Part shown: piece by piece, positions 54,430-64,000 of the stretch
Layout: the number at the start of each line of letters is the position of its first letter
How positions within the stretch are numbered: position 1 is the stretch's first letter
Origin: Octopus vulgaris
Taxonomy: Eukaryota
NCBI GenBank assembly: GCA_951406725.2
Contig: OX597821.1
Span: 73,656,001-73,720,000, forward strand
DNA: 64,000 nucleotides
Reading direction: 5' to 3'
The notes under the pieces: generated by a model
What the model was told of the DNA's origin: nothing
Database searches by the model: none
The model's input: only the letters and a program-made list of their open reading frames with translations
Position numbers and translations under genes: made by a program

Positions 54430-54610
54430 TATATATGCATACATATATATATACGACGAGCTTCTTTCAGTTTCCGTCTACCAAATCCACTCACAAGGAT
54501 TTGGTCGGCCAGGAGATATAGTAGAAGACACTTGCCCAAGGTGCCACGCAGTGAGACTGAACCCTGAACCATGTAGTTCGTAAGCAAGCTATTTACTACA
54601 CAGCCACTCC
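54155..54610 (-). mobile_element. SINE family A, full length
   Basis: Matches 28554-28990. Confidence 0.93.
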
Positions 54611-55567
54611 AAGATATCCTTTGCACTTTTTCTGCGTGGTCACCACGGTTGCTGTCTGTGGTGACTCAATGCTTGTCATTAGAAGACCACTCACAGACTA
54701 ACTCGTTTCCAATTTTCACTACTTTCTAGAAAATGGAAACCAAAGTTAGAATCACAGCTCAACAAGTATTTATTATTATCTCTTTTTGATACCACTATAA
54801 AACTCCCCGTTGCCATCTTCGCCGTATTCTTCACGCGTTTTCCCATCCCTGGTTGTTCGCATCACGGAACTTAAAACGACCAAACGTCCATAAAATAATG
54901 CTGGATATTGTCTGTTCTGTAGAATTAATTTTGTATACTAATTCCTTATTTTTAGCCGCAATAACAAATGAAAGAAAAAGAAATGCGCTCACATTTTATC
55001 CAGTAATCTGTACAGAGTAGTTGAAACACGTTTAGCATAAGAATCTCTTGATTTCGATGAATGGAAATCCTTCTATTCTTTGCTGGTTTTATTCGATTAG
55101 AACATTCTGGTGTAAGAACAGATCATCACGAAGAATTAGTATAGAAATAGGATAAAGTTACAAACAAAATTGGAAGAGATGTAACGAAAGATAGATAATT
55201 AAAAATATATGTTAGTTGATAAAAACAATTTGAGAAGATGAAATCGTTTTCTATTTTTGAGGAAGGAATAAAAATGGTCAAATGTAATTAACGATTCAAG
55301 ATTGAGTGTTGCTGTTGTGCTTTATAGAATCGATCTCAATATGTTTTATTATCGATCTAGGGAAATGTAAAACAAAATTCTTCGAGTTTCGAAGAGTAAA
55401 TTCACTTCGATGGAAATGAATATCAGTGTAAGTGATCAGATTGATTTATCAAGTAATCCTTTGAACACGTCCGATAATATAACTGGTACCTGCTTTATAT
55501 TATGTGACATATAAAGTAATGAAAACCAAAATCGATATGTTCTTCTTCTTCTTCTTCTTATCATTAT

Positions 55568-55812
55568 TAAGAGCGCAGGCTATTAACCCCAAGATTCCGA
55601 GTTCGATTCCAGGCAGTGACCTGAATAATAATAATAACAACATCAAAAATTACTTTAGGAATAAGAACCCAGGTTCGAAATTTCCCCAAGACACCTGATG
55701 AAAGCTGGATGGTATATCAGCCGAAACATTGTGTTAACAACAAACATGATGAGGACAAATATTCGTCAAATGTAAATAATGTACATAATTCCTCATCTCT
55801 TAAATATAGAAT
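55568..55812 (+). mobile_element. tRNA-headed element carrying a minimal hammerhead ribozyme
   Basis: tRNA-like 3' part with B box GAGTTCGATTCC (55599-55610), TAA linker, then ACAC-CTGATGA-A-AGCTGG...TCAGCC-GAAA-CATT-GTGT (55691-55734). Confidence 0.75.
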
Positions 55813-55867
55813 TGTATGAGAAAAACAATTATTAAAACTCCTTTACTTCAAGTAGAAATGGAAATAC

Positions 55868-55967
55868 TGGGTGTCCTATAAACAGGACACCGAGACAATG
55901 TGATATAGCTTATTCAATGTTCTCATTTAGTGCCCTATTTATAGGACAGTGGGACTTAATGGGTTAA
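55868..55967. mobile_element. piggyBac-like MITE end
   Basis: Two related palindromes GTCCTATAAACAGGAC / GCCCTATTTATAGGAC, ending GGG|TTAA; the other end was not found. Confidence 0.4.
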
Positions 55968-56197
55968 GTTCCAGACGTTCTGGTATTGGTCGAGGAACGA
56001 ACATTCGCTGAGTAAAAAAGATTCAGTTGACTAAATCGACCGCAATGTATAACTGGTTCTTAGATTCTTCTCATTGACTCCAGAGAGACGTGAGGGAAAA
56101 ACAAGTCCGGTAGCATTTGAATTCAGAACATAGGGAGATGAAACGAATAGTTTTAGGGTATACAGTCCAGTGTTTCACCATTTACATGATGATGATA

Positions 56198-56560
56198 ATA
56201 ACAAGAGCATTCAGAAAGTGCAAACCTCCACCAAGGCAACACCAACGTCCTCTCAACGATTAGCCGAAGATGATTTTTAATATCTGAAATAAACGCGAAT
56301 GAAATATACTTCTACAATACACAAAATATATTAACAATTTTTGTTTCGTATACATTTCCTAATAAGATTTTATTCTAAAAATAAAATAGTACTTTTTAAA
56401 CGTTGAGTGGTTATGAAGGTCCATCCGATTAGATTCAGAATCAAAGAGATCCATGGGTAAGGAATGGTCAAGAAACACGGGTTTGGTTTCTTATGAAATG
56501 GAAGTTTACGAAAAAAAGCCCCAAAAGCAGAATATGATTGGTAAAGATTTATAATTTTAA
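56198..56560 (+). mobile_element. Helentron/HINE-like element 5' part
   Basis: Starts AACAAGAGCATTCAGAAAGTGCAAACCTCCACC, resembling Helentron-type non-autonomous starts; the other end is not visible. Confidence 0.35.
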
Positions 56561-57123
56561 CTTCGGCGTTCTCTGAGAGATAGGATTCCTTAAAATATAT
56601 ATAAAAACTAAGGGTTTTGAAATGGTGGTGTCAAGAGTAGAAGATGTCTATTGTGTTTTACTGCATCTTCTACAATTAATGTACATATTATTTTGGTCCC
56701 CAGTTTGGCGCCCGGATTTATGGCAGAACTGGAGGAGATTCTTGGGTCACGTCTACCTGGAGGTCGTAGAACTGCTCGGTCAGAGCTGACTTGAGAATAT
56801 ACAACAACAGCAACAACAACAACAGAAAAAAAGTACTCAGCGCTTTACATCTCTTCAGCCCTCCTCCTTTCCTCACCACTGCCACCATTGTTTCACCCAC
56901 AATCGTTACTAGTTTTGACCTGGAGCTAAACAACGGCAATCTTTCGTCGTTTCAGTCAACAGCCTCGTTCCTTGCGATGTCAAGTCACTGCTCAAGATAA
57001 CATCCAGCGTTAATGGTGGCGAGTGTGTTGGAGATGAAATGGAGATAAGTACAGACATTGATTGTGAGATAACGATCGAGGGAAGAGAAAGATAGGTTCG
57101 GTGTTGGTGAAGGGAGGGAATGA

Positions 57124-57163
<40 letters not shown>

Positions 57164-57994
57164 GAGACAGTAAGAAATAGATACATGGCTAGACAGATAA
57201 ACAGAAATACACACACACACACGGATAGGTAGATGTAAAACTGGTAGGTGAATAAAGAGGTAGGGCACCTAGATAAATACAGAACAAAAGTGTGTGTGAA
57301 AGCAAGAAGGAGAAATAAAGAGGTCGAAGCAGAAGAGGATATGCAACACTAACAAAGCGAGGCAACGAGAAGACACCGTTTTCATTGGAGGAAAATAAAT
57401 GAAGCAGATCAAGTCGAGAATAGAAGGGGAAAATGGTGGTTAAGAAGAAGAAGAAGAGAGATGGTGGCAGTCTTCTTCGTTTGTGCAACAGACAGAAGAG
57501 AGATTTGTAAGAAGATAGGACGTTAAGGCTGATTTCATCAACTCTGCCTCTGGCGATAGTCATCTGATTATATTGGTTTGCATCATGTGGGTGCGTGTGT
57601 GTGTGTGTGAGTGTGTGAGAAAGTGTATGTGAGAGAGAGAGAGAGAGAAGGAGGGAGTGTGTGTGAGAGTGTGAGAGAGGGAACGTGTGTGAGAGTGTGT
57701 TGGCACCTGTATACTCGTGCTCGTGTGTGTGTGTGTGTGCGTGAGAGAGAGGGAGTGCGTGTGCGTGTGAGAGAGAGGGAGTGTGTGTGTGTGTGCGCTG
57801 TGCGTGACTGTGTGTGTGTGACTGAATGTAGAAAGAAGAAGAATAGTATGTGTGTGTATAGGGAAAAGAGAAAGGAGAGAAAGAAAGGGAGAGAGAGAGA
57901 AGAAAGAGAGACAGAGTGAGAGATGAGAAGAAAGGAAGAAAATTTAGTTTGTCAAACATTATTATATTAATAATGTTTTCTAATTATAATAAGG

Positions 57995-58302
57995 GCTTCT
58001 GATTTGGAAGAAAGACAAAAGTTTTGAGGGGAGGGGTTAGTCGATTTCATCTGTGCAGCACGTGAGTGGCACTTATTTTATTGACCTTGAAGGATGAAAG
58101 TCAAAGTCAACTTCGACAAGATTTGAACCCTGAACGAAAAGCGTTGTAGGAAATACCGCAAAACATGTTTGACGACTCTCTACCGATTCTGTCAGATCAC
58201 CACATATTTCCAAACTTTAATAATGGTTCTCTAAAACAAAGTGGCGAGCTGGCAAAATGGTTAACATATCGGACAAAATGTTTAGCGGCATTTTGTCCGT
58301 CT
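57995..58302. mobile_element. Two diverged SINE family B pieces, head-to-head
   Basis: Minus copy ~57995-58200; plus head GGCGAGCTGGC at ~58243-58302. Confidence 0.75.
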
Positions 58303-59361
58303 TTTTGTACAAATATTTTGATTATAAAGAAATTTGTGTGGAAAATTTTTCATACTAATTTTTACACTAATTTCTTTATAATCAATTTTTCACACTAATT
58401 TCTTTATAATCAAGATATTTGTACAAAATTTCATTAAAACATATCCATTTTCTTAAAAATTATGAAGGGAAAAATTCGGATTGTGAATTTTCTAAAACTC
58501 CTTTCCGTTCAGTTAATTACTACTTTAACATCCGGCCACCAAGTCACCCCTCCTCCAAATAAAAAAAACCTATATTCGTTTAATACTCATTTACTCTAAA
58601 TCACAGCGTCTAAGCGGTATTTGTTGGAAATATCGTTAAAAAGTATCCATCTTTCTGGATGTTATGAGGTAACAAAATCGGAAGGGGGAACGGTATACAT
58701 CTGTAATTATGTCACTCAGTTTATTTTTTAAATATTTAAAAGACAGTTTTCCTGGTTTGTTTGGAAAATTCAATGCTGTTCATGTTTGTCTAGTAGTGAT
58801 CATGGTTTTGAAGTGCAAAAAAATTGGCCAAAATCAGTCCGGAGTAGGCTGATAGGAGGAGGTAAAAAAAAATTTCTAAACTTTTTCATAAAAAGATACA
58901 GCACGCCCCAATCATTTCAAAGGCTGTAGTAAAAAAAAAAAGCATGGGAAGAATACACCGGAAAATGGCTTGTGAAGTCGCTTGGAGCAATTCAGCCAAA
59001 AGACTTATAGAATAACTACCAGGCTCAAAACAATAACAACTGCAGTCGATTTATTCGACCAAAAACCTTCGATACAGTGCCCCAGTATGGCCGCAAGTAA
59101 ACGATATTAGAAAGCAGATAATACCTTTACTTTCTACTTGTTTCAGTCATTGGACGGCGACCTAAAAGGGTTAACAAAATTAATGTGGCAACCTCACATG
59201 ATAATTTTAATTAAGACTAAATCTACAGACAGGACAATGATTAACAAAATTAAACAAAGGCAACGAGTTAAGAGCAAACGGAATGTTTTTATGAGTTAAG
59301 AATCAAAAGTGGTGATAGTTCAGGTGAGAGTGTAGTGCTAAAAACACCATTTACGGTGACA

Positions 59362-59490
59362 TTCTTTTCTACCCTAGGCACAAGGCCCGAAAATTTTGGG
59401 GGAGGGGCCAGTCGATTAGATCGACCCCGAAAGAATGAAAGGCAAAGTCGACCTCGGCGGAAATTGAACTCAGAACGTAAAGACAGAAGA
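59362..59490 (-). mobile_element. SINE family B fragment
   Basis: AGGCACAAGGCCCG...GAAAGGCAAAGTCGACCTCGGCGG. Confidence 0.85.
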
Positions 59491-59833
59491 ATACTCTAAT
59501 GATTTTGAGGTGGACGAGAGAGATTTAACGATTGTCATGCATTTCTATGCAGAATCTACCATAACTCGAAGGACAAGTTTCAACGTAAACGGAATTAAAT
59601 CTGTGGGAAAAGTTAGGTTTAAGAGTCTTCATTTACACACGTGTTAGGGGGTACGTGTTAGGGAGTTCAATCTTCGAATCAATCACACTATTTTTATATT
59701 CAGTGTGATTGACCCAGAGATTGAACTCGACCCCACAGTGGATGATGAGTCTGAAACCCTCGGTTTTCAGCAAAAAACCAAAGTGTAAAAATAAGCAAGA
59801 CAAATAAAAATATACGAAATTAAAAACGATTAC

Positions 59834-59908
59834 CTATGTACTAATTAGTTTCACTTGTTAATATTTACGTATATGGACACGTAAACATCTGCAAGATCAT
59901 CAGTGTAG
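59834..59908 (-). ncRNA. Candidate type I hammerhead with long stem II, inside a 60-bp inverted repeat
   Basis: Minus strand: CTACA-CTGATGA-T-CTTG..(13-bp hairpin, CCAT loop)..CAAG-T-GAAA-CTAATTAG-TA-CATAG. Inverted arms at 59767-59826 and 60076-60135. Confidence 0.65.
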
Positions 59909-60322
59909 TCTGTCGTTTACAAAACACAATTTCCAGAACTAGATACAGAACGCTCAACCGAAATCCAGCATGTATAGAGTTCCACAAATTACATTTATGT
60001 GTATCTTTCAAATGCCTTCACTTTGGCGCGCTGAGATCGGAAATTACTCTGCAGTTAATGAACTTAAAAATTTTTTTTTTTATTTCGTATATTTTCATTT
60101 GTCTTGCTTATTTTTAGACTTTGGTTCTTTGCTGAGTTTTTTCTTGAGAACACATTCTTCGTGGAAGATAACGATTTTGACGTCTATATCTAGCATATAG
60201 ACTGTCCACTTTTAGTGGTCACTCCTCTAAATTTTGTATGTAAAAAAATTTTTAATCTTCGGATTTTTTAAAAATATGCTAGGTCACTGGTTTTAATTGA
60301 TTAATATCAATTTCTACCCTTA

Positions 60323-60360
<38 letters not shown>

Positions 60361-60789
60361 TGTATATGTGTGTGTGCTGTGTTTATATGAATGTGTATGT
60401 GTTTACATACAGGCGTACATACATATGTGTATTTTTTGTGTATGTGCTGTGTGTATATGCATAAATAGATAAACTATTAGGCATACACATACTTACCCGT
60501 TGTCGGACCCAAATATCTACATGCAAATATGACCCCCTTTGTCCACAAATGTCTAATGTCGCTCTCTACTCAAGATGCTCACTCAACGGACGTCTATTCC
60601 CCTATTTTCAGTTTACGCTTGTATTTTCGCCTGTTTGTCCTTGTCTTAAGTAGAAACACTCCCTCGCTTATATTCCACATTCGTCAGTGCCTGTTTGGAT
60701 TTCGTGGTCAGTCTTTCGCCTTTGTCTTCTTCGTTTTTCTTCGAAAGACCCCTTAAACGCTCCGTTTTTTTTAGTCACAAAACTTGTAT

Positions 60790-60960
60790 CCGTTTTGGTT
60801 TTGCGTCATGTCAATTCCAATTTGTTTGGCATATTTCTCGAACCTGGTTGTTAGTGTTCCAAGTGCCCCAACAACTTCTGGGGTAACAGTCACTCTCCTC
60901 ATTGCCCACATTCTTGCAATTTCGTATTTTAGTTGTCTATACTTCTCCATCTTTTCCTGT
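60790..60960 (-). mobile_element. R4/Dong-like RLE fragment
   Basis: Reverse-strand translation QEKMEKYRQLKYEIARMWAMRRVTVTPEVVGALG. Confidence 0.8.
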
Positions 60961-60993
60961 CATATTATTATTATTATCATCATCATCATCATG

Positions 60994-61176
60994 AAGGCAG
61001 CGAGCTGGCAGAATCGTTAACATTCCGGACAAAATGCCTAGCAGCATTTCTTCTAATTCTTTACGTTCGGAATTCAATTGCTGCCGAGCTCAACTTTGCC
61101 TTTCATCTTTTCTGAGTCGATAAAAATAAGAACCAGTTGAACACTGCCGAATGCTTGTGTCTTTAGTAGAAAGGAT
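60994..61176 (+). mobile_element. SINE family B, diverged
   Basis: AGGCAGCGAGCTGGCAGAATCGTTA...CTTTGCCTTTCATC..., ending in (ATT)n. Confidence 0.85.
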
Positions 61177-61199
61177 TGTTATTATTATTATTATTATTT

Positions 61200-61582
61200 A
61201 TTGATTTGACGCAAGTTCGTTCTTTTTCTTTGCAGGATTTATGTGGTTAGCGGGTTGCTACCTGTAACTTCAGGTATCCATTAGCTCCCAGTAGTCTCTC
61301 AAGGGTTTAGAACCCTCCTGATAATCTTTCCTGTCCCTAAGAGGCAAACTTTCTGTAGGAGTTCCACAAGACATTCTATTCCACTCTCCTTCAACCGTTT
61401 GTCTACATCTTTACTTACAGCTTCCAATGCGCCAATTATTACCGGCAAAACCTTTACACTTTTCTCATACCAAATTCCTACACTTTCAAATTTTAAGGAA
61501 TTGTGTTATTTTTGTTTTTCATCTTCATTCTTTTACAATCCTAGAATCAAACGGACATGATGGATCAATTAATAAGCAATTT
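61200..61582 (-). mobile_element. R4/Dong-like LINE 3' end with (TAA)n tail
   Basis: Reverse translation CLLIDPSCPFD...VKVLPVIIGAL...LLQKVCLLGTGKIIRRVLNP*; the UTR runs into (TAA)n on the element strand. Confidence 0.85.
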
Positions 61583-61618
61583 CGTTTTTCCTTGTTTATT
61601 ATTGTTATAGCAACAACG

Positions 61619-61619
<1 letters not shown>

Positions 61620-61669
<50 letters not shown>

Positions 61670-61741
61670 TTAATAATAATAATAATAATATTAATAATAA
61701 TGATAATAATAATAATAATAATAATAATGATAATAATAATG

Positions 61742-61775
<34 letters not shown>

Positions 61776-61810
61776 TAATAATGATGATAATAATGATAAT
61801 AATAATAATG

Positions 61811-61862
<52 letters not shown>

Positions 61863-61866
61863 TAAT
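61620..61866. repeat. (TAA/TGA)n microsatellite, ~250 bp
   Basis: Direct reading. Confidence 0.97.
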
Positions 61867-62978
61867 AGTAGTAGTAATCGTTGTTGTTGTAATAGCAGTA
61901 GTGGTTGTAGTTGTAGCCCTTTATTCTTGATAGTCACGTTGAAATGTGAACAATTGTTTCACACTGCGTTTGAAAACGAGAGAAAAAAAGATCGCCGTTG
62001 AATCAGTTCTCCTTAATGATATTGTAACGAATCAATGTTCCATCTGCATTGCTAATTTAAAGATTAGTCTTGTGGGGGTTAAATCCTTTCTTAGCTTCTT
62101 TGTTTTTCCTCCTCCATTTCTACGTTTCTTTTCCAATATCGTCTTTTTATTTTCCGATTTTCATGTTTTTATTTTCATTTTCTTTTTTGCCTTTTTCCTC
62201 TTTTCTTTCTTTATTTGTTCTTCTAGTTGTTGTTGTTGTTGTTGTTGTTTTACATCAGCCGTGACTTCTTTATTAGCTTTTAATCTTTGAGAAATCATTC
62301 TGACGTGGGTCACATCGGAATACTAAGTTAATTTGTACACAAAGCTTCTCCGTGTATTCTTGTTCGTATAAATAAATAAGTGAAAAGGGAAAATAAAAAA
62401 AAAGAGAAACAAAAACTGGCGAAAAAAGAATGAAAAAAAATCCTCAGTGAATTCAAATAAGAGTTATTGAACTGAATAGATAATCCGTAGATTTTTACAG
62501 TTTCAATTCTATCACCTAATTAAATCTTTTAAAACTTTTGCTCCAGAATGGATTGATTCTAACCGAAGCGAAAATGTCTTTACTTTTCGGTGGCATTCAC
62601 CCCCCCCCCCCAGTTTTCTCATTCTAACAGTAAAAGATTATCGTTAAATTAAAGCTTCGAAAGAAATCGCTGCTTTTACTTCGCAATGTTGAGAATCCAA
62701 CCAGGAAGTCTTAGAATAGCAGAGATAACAGAAGACGAGAAAGTGTCAAAGTGGTTGTTCGATCTGTTAGAAATAACAGTTAAATTTCCCTCATATGACG
62801 TAAGAAAATAATGAAGAACACATTGGATTATGTAGTGTTATGCATGATCCAAGGTTCTTAATTAATGGCGTTAATGATTTCGATCGTAAGATTATTAGAC
62901 AGCCCCTAGGATTATGTTTTCTCAGACAACCAGGTAAATATCTGCCTACGTTATCCGGTGCAGGAACATCCCATCCAT

Positions 62979-63064
<86 letters not shown>

Positions 63065-63098
63065 ACACTCACACAAACACACACACACACACACACAC

Positions 63099-63143
<45 letters not shown>

Positions 63144-63213
63144 CGAAATGTAACCACATGTGAATCGTTGACGATTCTTTTTTACCTTCGCCTTCTTTTT
63201 CTATTGGACTTCT

Positions 63214-63252
63214 CTGTTTCTGACGAAGAGCTTTGCTCGAAACGTATAACGG
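63214..63252 (+). ncRNA. Candidate minimal type I hammerhead ribozyme (Penelope-type)
   Basis: CTGTTT-CTGACGA-A-GAGC(TTT)GCTC-GAAA-CG-TA-TAACGG: intact core, palindromic ACGU stem III, GUA cleavage triplet, 5 of 6 stem I pairs. Confidence 0.8.
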
Positions 63253-63342
63253 CCTTTCTTTCCTTCCATGAGCGTCTGCTAATACTTTGCATGTACCACA
63301 TCCTCGCGCTGTTGTTTTTTTGTGATCTTCGTTTTTTTGATT

Positions 63343-63391
<49 letters not shown>

Positions 63392-63404
63392 CACACATGT
63401 ATAT

Positions 63405-63745
63405 GATTGATTGATTGATTCCAGTTTCAGCTCATGAGCTGTGGCCATGCTGGGGCACCGCCATTTGGTGTTGCTACACAGTTTTACTTCACGAAAGCTT
63501 TTTAGCAACTGCCATTTGGTGCATGAGAGAGTTCGATGCAGCTGCCCTCATCTGCACCTCCTGCCGTGAAGTTGGTTCATCTGGGATACCTGACAGGAAG
63601 AGATCCAGTTTCATTTTAAAGACATCTGCGTCCACCCCATGCAGGTCTCTTAGGTTCTTCGGGAGGATATTGAAGAGCTGTGGGCCTCGGAAGCCCAGGC
63701 TATCACAGTATCTTGTCCTACATCTTGATGGCAAATTTGGAGTCC
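63405..63745 (-). mobile_element. 5'-truncated LINE (CR1-like) 3' end with (AATC)n tail
   Basis: [43 protein letters not shown] is an FNxLP...FKxxLD C-terminus; open frame to the stop at 63489; UTR then (AATC)4. Confidence 0.85.
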
Positions 63746-63978
<233 letters not shown>

Positions 63979-64000
63979 GTGTATATATTTATGTATGTGT

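Noticed and set aside
56690-56795. Possible exon or short ORF (MAELEEILGSRLPGG...)
   Set aside because: Only ~25 codons, no recognisable homology and no supporting gene structure.

Overview
Repeat-dense, AT-rich animal (eukaryotic) intergenic or intronic DNA. The SINE families and the microsatellite load look like a coleoid cephalopod, probably Octopus; this is inference from remembered repeat families, not a database hit. I can support no host protein-coding gene: the ORF track is almost entirely microsatellite read-through plus transposon relics. Contents: three abundant tRNA-type SINE families (called A, B and C here), at least six R4/Dong-like RLE LINE fragments, a Tx1/L1-like LINE, CR1-like LINE relics, an internally deleted Helitron, a hAT transposase relic, Tc1/mariner MITEs and many microsatellites. 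Three signals stand out. (1) Several unrelated hammerhead-ribozyme motifs of the minimal Penelope type (53191, 55691, 59834, 63214, plus relics), one fused behind a tRNA-like Pol III head. (2) A 157-bp SINE-B unit with identical ends at two loci, apparently inserted repeatedly at the same NN-TATT site, including into its own family, building TSD-spaced tandem arrays (27908-28422 and 29082-29520). (3) Two LINE-SINE shared 3' tails visible within the window. Coordinates were read by eye; element edges may be off by several bases.
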